DNA from: Desulfatiglandaceae bacterium
GTDB taxonomy: Bacteria > Desulfobacterota > DSM-4660 > Desulfatiglandales > Desulfatiglandaceae
DNA: 32,000 nucleotides
Assembly (NCBI GenBank): GCA_049282265.1
Contig: JBAPTR010000162.1
Coordinates: 39,814-71,813 of the forward strand
Direction: 5' to 3'
Below are positions 17,293 through 25,900 of the stretch, piece after piece (position 1 is the first letter of the stretch; each line of letters starts with the position of its first letter). A program made the position numbers and the translations under genes. The notes below the pieces were generated by a model. The model had not been told where the DNA came from, did not search any database, and was given only the letters and a program-made list of their open reading frames with translations.

Positions 17293-17540
17293 ATGAGTGA
17301 GACAAAGACACCCAGTAAGCTGGAAAAACCTTGCGGCAGGCCATTTAGCGGTGACATCCGAATGCCACCCTCCCAAGGGAAGTGATCCCGGAGTCATTAT
17401 CAAGAAGGCCAGATTTATCAAGGATCATGCTGACGCTATTGATGTCACGGACAACCAGACGGCAGTGACCAGGTTGTGCAGTCTGGCCTCGGGAATCCAC
17501 CTCAATGCATTGGGCCTTGATCCAGTCTTCCAATTGGTGT
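17293..17540 (+). pseudogene. metF 5' fragment (2-nt deletion frameshift, truncated after ~95 codons)
   Basis: ATG 17293 reads MSETKTPSKLEK as in metF, then loses frame: GGAAAAACCTTGCG here vs GGAAAAAATCCTTGCG in copy A. The homologous frame (LAVTSECHPPKGSDPGVIIKKARFIKDHADAIDVTDNQTAVTRLCSLAS..) ends where similarity stops near 17540. Confidence 0.75.
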
Positions 17541-17648
17541 TGACGGCCGACATCCGTTGGGATAGTCTAAGTTTGAAAAGCTTACATCTTGCTGTGTCAT
17601 GAACATTTCAATTCGGGAAAATACTTTATCCCATAGAGGTCCGTACAA

Positions 17649-18950
17649 GTGGAGCAAAAAGCTGTACTCATTATAGGCGGAGGCATAGCGGGCATTCAGG
17701 CCTCAATAGACTTAGCGGACATGGGCATTAAGGTCTATCTGGTGGAGAAGAAGCCAAGCATTGGTGGGCGCATGGCGCAGTTGGACAAGACCTTTCCCAC
17801 AAATGACTGTTCAATGTGTATCCTGGCCCCAAAGATGATTGAGTGCAAAAACCATGAAAACATTCAACTTCTGACCTATTCAATGCTGGATGAGATTAGT
17901 GGTGAGGTGGGTCGATTCAAGGCCAAGGTTATAAAAAAGGCCCGTTTTGTAGAGGAAGACAAATGCGTGGGATGCGGCGAATGTGCTGAAAAATGTCCGA
18001 CAAAGGTGCTTGATGATTTCAATGCCGGGCTGGGCAAGAGAAAAGCGATTTACAAATATTTTCCCCAGGCGGTTCCTTCCACCTACGTCATAGATCCTGC
18101 TTATTGTCGGACTTTGAACGGGAAAAAGTGCGGCGTCTGTGAGAAAATATGCAAGGCAAGGGCTGTCAATTACAAGCAGAAAGATCAGGCTCTGATCCTT
18201 GATATAGGTGCGGTTATTCTGGCGACCGGCTTTGATCTGTACGATGTGGCCCCACTGAAGGAGTATGGTTGGGGTAGGATAGACAATGTCATTACCGCAA
18301 TGCAGTTTGAGAGGATGATATGCGCATCCGGTCCGAGCGGTGGACATTTGAAACGCCCATCCGATGAAAAGGAGCCCTCAAGACTCGCCTTTATTCAGTG
18401 CGTAGGATCAAGAGATATCCGGCACAAGAGATATTGTTCGGCGGTCTGTTGCATGCATGCCACAAAAGAGGCCATACTGGCCCATGAGCATTACCCTGAT
18501 TTGACATCAACCATATTCTATATGGATATGAGGGCCGTGGGAAAGGGCTTCCAGGATTATGTTCACCGGGCAAGGGACCAGTATGATGTTGAATATGTGC
18601 GCGCAAGGCCGGGGAGGGTTACCGAAAATGAGGAAAATCAAAACCCTATTATCCATTATGAGGACACGGTAAGGAGGGAGCTTAACGCAAGGGAGTTTGA
18701 TATGGTCATCCTGTCTCAGGCCCTCATACCGACTGAAAGCAATGTTTCAATTGCCAAAAAGCTGGGCATAGACTTGGATGAATTTGGGTTTATTTCAACG
18801 CCGGAAAAACTGGCTGATCCGTTCGGCACCACGAGAGACGGTATCTTCGGATGCGGTTTTTGTCAGTCTCCAATGGATGTTCCGGATTCAGTTGTAAGGG
18901 CGTCGGCAGCGGCCTCAAAGGCGGCTGAAGTACTTTCACTAGGTGTATAA
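17649..18950 (+). CDS. HdrA-like FAD / Fe-S flavoprotein (module 1)
   Basis: GTG start. It has the FAD fold LIIGGGIAGIQASIDLADMG, the FPTNDCSMCIL motif, an inserted ferredoxin (CVGCGECAEKCP ... CGVCEKIC) and the CSAVCCMHATKEA motif typical of HdrA. Confidence 0.8.
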   Translation: MEQKAVLIIGGGIAGIQASIDLADMGIKVYLVEKKPSIGGRMAQLDKTFPTNDCSMCILAPKMIECKNHENIQLLTYSMLDEISGEVGRFKAKVIKKARFVEEDKCVGCGECAEKCPTKVLDDFNAGLGKRKAIYKYFPQAVPSTYVIDPAYCRTLNGKKCGVCEKICKARAVNYKQKDQALILDIGAVILATGFDLYDVAPLKEYGWGRIDNVITAMQFERMICASGPSGGHLKRPSDEKEPSRLAFIQCVGSRDIRHKRYCSAVCCMHATKEAILAHEHYPDLTSTIFYMDMRAVGKGFQDYVHRARDQYDVEYVRARPGRVTENEENQNPIIHYEDTVRRELNAREFDMVILSQALIPTESNVSIAKKLGIDLDEFGFISTPEKLADPFGTTRDGIFGCGFCQSPMDVPDSVVRASAAASKAAEVLSLGV

Positions 18951-18964
18951 GGAAAGATGTCAGC

Positions 18965-20677
18965 ATGGCACTAAGGATAGGCATTTTTGTATGCCACTGC
19001 GGTACAAATATAGGTGGGATCGTTAATGTCCCCGAGGTTGTTGAGTATGCTCGGAAGTTGCCGAACGTAGTATGTGCCGAGGGAAACCTATACACATGCT
19101 CAGAAGACGGTTTATCCGGGATTCGATACAAGATAAAGGAATATGACCTTAATAGGGTAGTGGTGGCCTCCTGCACGCCTCGGACACATGAGATGCTTTT
19201 TCGAAAGAATTGCGAACAGGCTGGCCTCAATAAGTACCTGTTTGAATTTGTCAATCTGAGGGAGCAATGCTCCTGGGTCCATATGGAAGATCATGATGGC
19301 GCAACAGAAAAGGCAAAGGATCTGGTTCGCATGGGAGCCTGCAAGGTCAGTTTGTTGAACCCCTTGGAGGACATCGCCTCAGAAGTAATAGGGGCATGTA
19401 TGGTGATTGGAGGGGGCATCTCCGGCCTTTCCGCCTGCCTGACGCTGGCCAACCAGGGCTATCAGGTTGAATTGGTCGAGAAAAAAGATATACTGGGTGG
19501 GCTGTTAAGAGATATAAACAGGGTTTTTCACACCAATGAGCCCTCTTCAGACCTCTTGGATCCTTTGATCAATTCTGTGCTAACGCATGATAATGTCACG
19601 GCCCACCTAAAGACGGAACTGCTTGGTGTTAAAGGGTTTATTGGCAACTTCACGGCCACGTTAAAGAAAGGCCTTCGGACGCAAGAATTGAAAATAGGCA
19701 CGATTATCGTCTCCACCGGCGCGAGCGAACTCAAGCCGGAGGGAAGCTTTGGGTATGGACAGTTTGATAATGTAATGACACAACTGGATTTCGAAAAGAG
19801 ATACAAATCCGATTACAAGGACCTGAACCGGATCGTGATGATAAACTGCGTGGGTGCCAGGGTGGATGAAAGGACCTATTGTGGCAGATTCTGCTGCATC
19901 ACCGCTATAAAGAATGCCATTTTAGCGAAAGAGGCCAATCCCGGAGCAGAGGTGAGCATATTGCATCGAGACATTATGGCCTGTGGATCGGTCTTCGAGG
20001 ACTACTACCGGGGGGCCTTGAAGGTGGGGATCAGGTTCATCCGGTATAATGCCGATCGGCCTCCAGTGATCTTGGGTAATGGTAATGTGGTTGAGAGGGT
20101 CAAAGTCTACAATGAGCTGGTTGGAAGAGATATTGAATTGGATGTGGATGCTGTTCTGTTGACAACGCCGCTTGTGCCGGGGGAGGATACACGGCAACTT
20201 TCCAGGATAATGAAAATACCGGTTGGAAATGACGGGTTTTTCCTGGAGGCACATCAAAAACTCAGGCCGGTTGAGTTCCCTTCGGACGGTATCTTTATTG
20301 CCGGATGCGCGCGTTATCCCACAGAAATATCAGAATGCATTGCCCAGGGGTATGCGGCAGCAGCCAAGGCGGCGGTCCCCATGGCCCAAGGCCGGGTTAT
20401 CAGCGATGCATTTACTTCGGAGATTGACCCACTGAGGTGCTCTGCCTGCGGGAGATGTATAGAAATCTGTCCTTTCGGGGCTATTGACTGGACTGATTGG
20501 GAAGACCCATCCGGAACAATAAGGACAGTGGCCTTGGTAAACCCCACGGAGTGTAAGGGATGTGGGCTATGTGTGGCCTCCTGCCTCAGCGGTGCTATGG
20601 ACCTAAAAGGATTCAGTGATGAACAGATCCTGGCAATGGTCAGTTCCATGGTGGAAATAACAAGCCAGGTTGCTTAA
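18965..20677 (+). CDS. HdrA-like flavoprotein (module 2) with an N-terminal Cys-rich domain and a C-terminal 2x[4Fe-4S] ferredoxin domain
   Basis: The N-terminus (IGIFVCHCGTNIGG...ASCTPRTHE...REQCSWVH) is followed by a second FAD fold (MVIGGGISGLSACLTLANQG). Then come CGRFCCITAIKNA and the C-terminal CSACGRCIEICP / CKGCGLCVASC motifs. Confidence 0.8.
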   Translation: MALRIGIFVCHCGTNIGGIVNVPEVVEYARKLPNVVCAEGNLYTCSEDGLSGIRYKIKEYDLNRVVVASCTPRTHEMLFRKNCEQAGLNKYLFEFVNLREQCSWVHMEDHDGATEKAKDLVRMGACKVSLLNPLEDIASEVIGACMVIGGGISGLSACLTLANQGYQVELVEKKDILGGLLRDINRVFHTNEPSSDLLDPLINSVLTHDNVTAHLKTELLGVKGFIGNFTATLKKGLRTQELKIGTIIVSTGASELKPEGSFGYGQFDNVMTQLDFEKRYKSDYKDLNRIVMINCVGARVDERTYCGRFCCITAIKNAILAKEANPGAEVSILHRDIMACGSVFEDYYRGALKVGIRFIRYNADRPPVILGNGNVVERVKVYNELVGRDIELDVDAVLLTTPLVPGEDTRQLSRIMKIPVGNDGFFLEAHQKLRPVEFPSDGIFIAGCARYPTEISECIAQGYAAAAKAAVPMAQGRVISDAFTSEIDPLRCSACGRCIEICPFGAIDWTDWEDPSGTIRTVALVNPTECKGCGLCVASCLSGAMDLKGFSDEQILAMVSSMVEITSQVA

Positions 20678-20734
20678 CCCTGGCTCTCAAATACCTTGAG
20701 TGTCACATATCCTTGAAGACAAGGAAGATACAAC

Positions 20735-21262
20735 TTGAAAAGGGAAGACATCGATCCCATAGAAAATGAGCAGGCGGGCGAGATCAAAACAAGGATCACG
20801 ACCCTCATAGAGAAAAATAACCTGTATTTCTGTTTGGAGTGCGGGAAGTGCTCGGCTGTTTGTCCCATGCTGGAATTCTACGGGAGTTATGTCTATGATC
20901 GTTCCCCCAGGGCGGTGGTGGAGCGCCTGTCGTTTGACCCCGAAGGGTTCGACGATGAGGCTTTGTGGTATTGCCTGGCGTGCCAGGAGTGCACTTTTTT
21001 CTGTCCGTCCGGGGTAGACTTTCAGGACTTCACGATAGCATTGAGGGCGCTCTTGCTGAGGCATGGATTCAAGAAGTATGCGCTTTTTTGTCCCGTTTGC
21101 GGCACTTATATTATGCCGAAAAAGGAGTTTGAAAATTTCCAAAAAACCATGAATGACGAAAAAATCGGTGAGCTTCTATCTGTATGTCCTCGGTGTAAAA
21201 CCACCGGTTATGTTGAGATATTGCATCGGGTTGCCCCCATACAGAAAAGGCCAAAAAGGTAA
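20735..21262 (+). CDS. HdrC-like 2x[4Fe-4S] protein with a C-terminal zinc-ribbon extension
   Basis: CLECGKCSAVCP and CLACQECTFFCP, then CPVCG-x29-CPRCK. The start is a TTG with AGGAAG upstream, so the exact start is uncertain. Confidence 0.6.
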   Translation: MKREDIDPIENEQAGEIKTRITTLIEKNNLYFCLECGKCSAVCPMLEFYGSYVYDRSPRAVVERLSFDPEGFDDEALWYCLACQECTFFCPSGVDFQDFTIALRALLLRHGFKKYALFCPVCGTYIMPKKEFENFQKTMNDEKIGELLSVCPRCKTTGYVEILHRVAPIQKRPKR

Positions 21263-21300
21263 ACCCCCCAAATATTTATTTTCATGGAAAGGAGCGTATC

Positions 21301-21594
21301 ATGGCAATAGAAAATGAAAGATTGTCATCGGCAGAAACCCTGCGTAAGACCAGGACCTATGGCAAGGTCAGGTGTCACAATCCCAGCTGCATGGAACGGA
21401 TCGAGCCGCCTGCCGGGGCGGATCATGTCAAATGTCCCACCTGTGGTATGGAGTATCGTATTTTCTGGGTCAACCCCAATCTTCCAAGGATACGGGGTCC
21501 GGTTTGGGACGTGAACCGGAAGATAGCCCAAGAGGCTCTTGCCGGGGAAAAAACAACAACATCGAAAAAAGCGACAAAGAAGGGAGGGAAGTAA
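21301..21594 (+). CDS. small zinc-ribbon protein with a Lys-rich tail (unknown function)
   Basis: 97 aa with AAAGGAG 6 nt upstream of the ATG. It has CHNPSC-x14-CPTCG and a tail KTTTSKKATKKGGK. Its stop lies 1 nt before the AOR start. Confidence 0.55.
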   Translation: MAIENERLSSAETLRKTRTYGKVRCHNPSCMERIEPPAGADHVKCPTCGMEYRIFWVNPNLPRIRGPVWDVNRKIAQEALAGEKTTTSKKATKKGGK

Positions 21595-21595
21595 G

Positions 21596-23536
21596 ATGGC
21601 TCTGGATCGAAAGATTGCTTACATTGATCTCACCACCGGTGAAATTGAGACCAAGCCTATCCCGCTCGAGTTGAGGAAGAAATTTCTGGGCGGAAGGGGC
21701 CTTGATGCCTATCTATTGTATAACAATACGAAAAAGGGATGTGATCCGCTTGGCCCTGGGAATACCCTGATGGTAAGTGGTGGGATATTGTCCGCCACCT
21801 GCGCCTCAGCCACTGCCAGAACACACATCATGGCGAAATCTCCCCTTACAGGCCTGCTTGGCAGCGCAAACATGGGAGGATTCTTTGCGCCGGAACTTGC
21901 TTGGGCCGGCTTTCATCATCTCGTCATCAAGGGGAAAGCGGAAAAGCCGGTCTATATCTGGATCCATAACGGGGAGATTGAGATTCGGGACGCCGCTCAA
22001 CTGTGGGGAAAAACCACCACAGAGACCCAGTGGGCCATTCGAGAAGAACTGGGTGATGAAGACATCAAAAGCGCGGTCATCGGCCCTGCCGGCGAAAACC
22101 TGGTAGCCTTTGCAAATGTCATGACCGGCATAAAGAACGCTGCAGGAAGAACCGGCATGGGCTGCGTCATGGGCTCAAAAAACCTGAAAGCCATCGCTGC
22201 CAGGGGTACTATGGATGTCAAGATTGCCCATCCTGTTGAGGCCCTTGAATACAACAAGCGCTTCATAAATCAGATCGTCAGCGCAAAGGTAAACCAAACC
22301 CAGGGAGCACTCGGAACACCATTCATCTGGGGGGCAACCAACTCCTGGGGCGGGATAAGGTGCAGGAACTTCCAGTACAACCAGCTTGAAAACGCCGACG
22401 ACATTGAACCTGAGGCAATTGACGACGTATGCAATGAGACAATGGGCCCACACCACATGACCGGCTGTTTTGGCTGCCAGGTCCATTGCCGCGCACAATA
22501 CAAGATTCCATCCGGTCCCTATGCTGGAAAATATGATGAAGGCCCTGAGTACACCTCACAGGGTGCATTTTGTGGAGAGCCGGAATGCAGGAGCATGGAA
22601 ACGCTGCTGACCGGTAATCACCTGGTGGATCAGTTTGGCATGGACAACCTTGAAACGGGGAGCATCATCTCATGGGCCATGGAGCTGTATGAGCTTGGTA
22701 TCCTGAGCAGCAAGGATACCGACGGCCTTGATCTGAGATTCGGCAATGATGAAGCTCTCCTCGAGATGGTAAAGCGAATCTGCTACAGAAAAGGCTGGCT
22801 GGGAGATGCCCTTGCCGACGGTGGCATTCCCGCGTCTGAAAAGATAGGAAAGCATTCCTTTGACTATCTGATCCAGGTGAAAGGGATGAACAATCTCCAT
22901 TCCGATGAAAGAGCCACCCCTGGGCTGGCATTGAACATTGCCACGGCCTCCAGGGGATCCGACCATCTGAGGAGCCGGCCCGCCATAGACCTTTATCACC
23001 TGCCCGAGGAAGTGCTCAGGAAGATTTACAGCAACCCTGTACCCTACGACGGCCCCCTGAGTTCTGAACACACTTCCTACGAGGGAAAGCCATGGCAGGT
23101 CTTCTGGCAGGAAAACTGTTATATGGCGGTAGATTGCCTTGGGATCTGCAAATATCACACAACGTTCCTGGGAGCCACGCTCCCTAATTTCGAGGACTGG
23201 CCCAAGGTGCTCTACTACAACACAGGCATCGAAATGACCCCAAGAGAAATCTGGGATGTCGCTCTAAGATGCAATATCATGGAAAGGCTCTTTAATCTCA
23301 GAGAAGGCCTCTCGAGAGAAGACCTCAAGAAAGGCGACATGCTGAATCACCGCTATTTTGATGAGCCTTGCAGGCGTGGAGCCCGGGATGTGATTGGTTT
23401 GAAGATAGACAGAAAGAAGTTTAAGAAAATGATCGATGAATTCTATGAGCATCATGGCTGGGATGAGAATGGTATTCCCACGCCAGAGACGTTAAAAAGG
23501 CTTGATGTGCATAAAGAGCCTTCACACCTGCTTTAG
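21596..23536 (+). CDS. aldehyde:ferredoxin oxidoreductase (AOR) family tungsto-/molybdopterin enzyme
   Basis: The start is set at ATG 21596 (AGGGAGGGAAG upstream). The N-terminus is MALDRKIAYIDLTTGEIETKPIP..LGGRGL. It carries the GMGCVMGSKNLKAI block and the Fe-S motif CFGCQVHC, at ~646 aa. The 19-aa Lys/Arg-rich upstream extension in the track is rejected. Confidence 0.9.
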   Translation: MALDRKIAYIDLTTGEIETKPIPLELRKKFLGGRGLDAYLLYNNTKKGCDPLGPGNTLMVSGGILSATCASATARTHIMAKSPLTGLLGSANMGGFFAPELAWAGFHHLVIKGKAEKPVYIWIHNGEIEIRDAAQLWGKTTTETQWAIREELGDEDIKSAVIGPAGENLVAFANVMTGIKNAAGRTGMGCVMGSKNLKAIAARGTMDVKIAHPVEALEYNKRFINQIVSAKVNQTQGALGTPFIWGATNSWGGIRCRNFQYNQLENADDIEPEAIDDVCNETMGPHHMTGCFGCQVHCRAQYKIPSGPYAGKYDEGPEYTSQGAFCGEPECRSMETLLTGNHLVDQFGMDNLETGSIISWAMELYELGILSSKDTDGLDLRFGNDEALLEMVKRICYRKGWLGDALADGGIPASEKIGKHSFDYLIQVKGMNNLHSDERATPGLALNIATASRGSDHLRSRPAIDLYHLPEEVLRKIYSNPVPYDGPLSSEHTSYEGKPWQVFWQENCYMAVDCLGICKYHTTFLGATLPNFEDWPKVLYYNTGIEMTPREIWDVALRCNIMERLFNLREGLSREDLKKGDMLNHRYFDEPCRRGARDVIGLKIDRKKFKKMIDEFYEHHGWDENGIPTPETLKRLDVHKEPSHLL

Positions 23537-23632
23537 GTTGTTTTGACCTGCAAAAATAGGTCGAACCCATTTTGGGGAAAACCGAAACCAGATCCTTTGG
23601 AACTGGGTTCTCTGCTTGAGAGGAGGAAATCA

Positions 23633-24130
23633 ATGGAGAAAATCTTGATGATAAATTACCAGAAGTGCACCGGCTGCCGTTTGTGTGAGCTCGTGTGCAC
23701 TGTAATGCATGACGGGGTTTCAAACCCTTCCAGAAGCCGGATAAAGGTAATGAAATGGGAATCGGAGGGGCTGTATATCCCAATGGCCTGCCAGCAGTGT
23801 GATGATGCCCCCTGCATGAATGTATGCCCGGTCAAGGCAATCTCGCGTGACGAGGATTTTGGCTTTCTTACAGTAGATTACGACCTGTGCATTGGGTGCC
23901 GTTCCTGTGTGGCGGTATGCCCCTTTGGTGCTATGAATTATAACGTGATCGACAAGAAGGTCTTCAAGTGCGACCTTTGCGGTGGAGATCCTCAGTGTGT
24001 GCGGTTTTGCGAGGAAAAGGCCGTTGATTATGTTGACGCCGACAGGGTAAGCATATTTAAGAAAAAAGATGCAGCAAAAAGATTGTCTGTTGCACAAAAG
24101 GAGACCATGTGTTTGCAGGTGGCCGTATGA
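23633..24130 (+). CDS. 4x Cys-cluster polyferredoxin (DmsB/AorA/BamC-like electron-transfer subunit)
   Basis: AGGAGG 6 nt upstream of ATG 23633. Motifs: CTGCRLCELVC, CQQCDDAPCMNVCP, CIGCRSCVAVCP and CDLCGGDPQCVRFC. Confidence 0.85.
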   Translation: MEKILMINYQKCTGCRLCELVCTVMHDGVSNPSRSRIKVMKWESEGLYIPMACQQCDDAPCMNVCPVKAISRDEDFGFLTVDYDLCIGCRSCVAVCPFGAMNYNVIDKKVFKCDLCGGDPQCVRFCEEKAVDYVDADRVSIFKKKDAAKRLSVAQKETMCLQVAV

Positions 24131-24260
24131 TCAATACCCCAGGCTTCTTCATGGCCTTTCTTTTGCCCTTATTATAATAGGGGAGCAGTTTGGCCCTTTG
24201 AAAGAATCCTTGTGGGATGCCACACCCCTGAGGGGATTCTTCTAAAGGTACACTTCCGTC

Positions 24261-24310
24261 GCGGCCGGCTTTAAATGCCCTTCCATGGGATCAGCCGGCC
24301 GCACTTTTCA
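24261..24310 (+). terminator. possible intrinsic terminator after the AOR/polyferredoxin operon
   Basis: GCGGCCGGCT (24261-70) and AGCCGGCCGC (24293-302) form a perfect 10-bp stem, followed by ACTTTTCA. The 22-nt loop is long and the U-tract short. Confidence 0.4.
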
Positions 24311-24315
24311 TAGAG

Positions 24316-25776
24316 TTGATTGGAAATAGAGGTCGAGAGATAACAGTGGACGCAGATAGAATTGAATTGCTTTCAGTTGGTGTAGACGTGGGAACCTCTA
24401 CAAGCCACCTGGTTTTTTCAAACCTGGTATTGGAAAGGGATCCGAAATCCCCTACCAAACGTTTTCAAATCAAGGAAAGAAACATCATTTATGAGGGAAA
24501 AATAGTAGATACCCCGATGCTGGACAAGAATACAATTGATGTGGAAAGGCTCTCCGGCTTTTTTGAGGAAGAATATAAGCGAGCGGGAATTGACGCCGGA
24601 GATATTCAAAGTGGCGCGGTTATTGTAACTGGAGAAATGGCCAAAAAAGACAATGCAAAGCAAATAGTAGAGGCATTGTCAAACGGGGCGGGAAATTTTG
24701 TCGCAGCAACAGCAGGGGCAAATTTCGAAAGCCTATTAACAGCAATGGGTTCAGGGGCGGTAGATAGATCAAAGCGATACAACAAGACAATATTGTCCTG
24801 CGACATCGGCGGAGGAACATCGAACATCGCCATATCAAAGAATGGACGGGTTCTGTCAACAAGCTGCATATCTGTAGGGGGCAGATTACTTGGTGTAAGT
24901 TCTGAAGGAAGGATTTGGAAGATCGATGAACCTGCAACGGAAGTTATGAAAGAGATTGGGTTGCATTACAAAATCGGTGACAAAATCCCGGAAGAGGATA
25001 TTGGAAGCATAGCAACAAGGTTTGCCGAAATATTGATTGAGGTCATTACCGGTCCGGCCGCTTCCCCTTTGGCCAAGCGGTTAATGATGACTGATGATCC
25101 GGATTTTCCAGGCAGAATAGATGAATATATGTTTTCAGGGGGTGTCGCAGAGTTGATATACGGGGGTAATGGCAGTTACAAGGATATGGGAAAGATTTTA
25201 GCCGATAAAATAAATTCGTTGATACCGAAATTGACTGCTCCGGTTATAGAGCCTGAAAACAAGATCAGGGCCACCGTTATTGGAGCAGGTGCATATTCAT
25301 TATCCATTTCCGGCTCATCCGGATTCATGGATAACAAAATTTCATTTCCCATAAGAAATATTCCCGTAATCAGGGTCGATATCGATGATTCGCAATTGAG
25401 CCGTGATCACATTATATCTCAGATAAATGTCGCATTTAGAAGATTTGACAAAAACGAAGGCGAAGAAATTGTTGCATTATATTTCAAAAACCCGGCCAGG
25501 GCTTATTATCCCGAATTAGAGTTGTTTGCGAAATCTATTGAAGCCGCTCTTCCCAATTCGATTGATAATAGAATACCGATTATATTGATATTTGAAAAAG
25601 ACATCGCATGCGGGGTGGGGAATGTCATCCGCCGGGAAACCGGATTGAAAACAAATTTCCTGTCATTAGATGAATTGATTTTGAAAGAAGGAGATTGGAT
25701 CGATATTGGTGAGCCACTGGTTAACGGTCAGGTGTTTCCCGTTACGGTAAAATCTCTTATTTTCAATAGGAACTAG
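24316..25776 (+). CDS. EutA-like ATPase (ethanolamine ammonia-lyase reactivase family, ASKHA fold)
   Basis: LLSVGVDVGTSTSHLVFS... and SGAVIVTGEMAKKDNA...FVAATAGANFESLLTAMGSGA are colinear with E. coli EutA as I recall it. The start is ambiguous: TTG 24316 or GTG 24346. GTG 24346 gives an EutA-like N-terminal length. Confidence 0.75.
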   Translation: MIGNRGREITVDADRIELLSVGVDVGTSTSHLVFSNLVLERDPKSPTKRFQIKERNIIYEGKIVDTPMLDKNTIDVERLSGFFEEEYKRAGIDAGDIQSGAVIVTGEMAKKDNAKQIVEALSNGAGNFVAATAGANFESLLTAMGSGAVDRSKRYNKTILSCDIGGGTSNIAISKNGRVLSTSCISVGGRLLGVSSEGRIWKIDEPATEVMKEIGLHYKIGDKIPEEDIGSIATRFAEILIEVITGPAASPLAKRLMMTDDPDFPGRIDEYMFSGGVAELIYGGNGSYKDMGKILADKINSLIPKLTAPVIEPENKIRATVIGAGAYSLSISGSSGFMDNKISFPIRNIPVIRVDIDDSQLSRDHIISQINVAFRRFDKNEGEEIVALYFKNPARAYYPELELFAKSIEAALPNSIDNRIPIILIFEKDIACGVGNVIRRETGLKTNFLSLDELILKEGDWIDIGEPLVNGQVFPVTVKSLIFNRN

Positions 25777-25900
25777 GGCCCCTTTCCGGTTTCCGCCGGG
25801 ACAGAAGCCCGACGGGCAGGAGATGTCCTGTAAAGCTTCGCCCCTTTTGCTTTTGAAGGTAGCAGCTTATCTTGTTGTGTTAGCCAGGGAACGGAAAAAA

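Larger units (their letters stand above)
16303..17540. repeat. copy B of the duplicated iclR-promoter-metF module
   Basis: Aligns with 13605-14424. Here iclR is intact, but metF is reduced to a frameshifted 5' fragment. Confidence 0.8.

Noticed and set aside
17649-20677. Selenocysteine recoding (in-frame TGA) in the HdrA-like genes, as occurs in some Hdr/Mvh/Bam proteins
   Set aside because: Both ORFs are uninterrupted and end in TAA (18948-18950 and 20675-20677). The 14-nt gap between them contains no TGA-joined reading frame, so there is no evidence for Sec read-through.
21539-21595. 19-codon Lys/Arg-rich extension of the AOR ORF; likewise 23543..23632 for the polyferredoxin and 25823..25900 for the rSAM-like ORF
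   Set aside because: Each overlaps or abuts the preceding gene. Each precedes an internal ATG that gives the expected family N-terminus. For the AOR and the polyferredoxin that ATG also has a clear Shine-Dalgarno; for the rSAM-like ORF the upstream RBS is weak.
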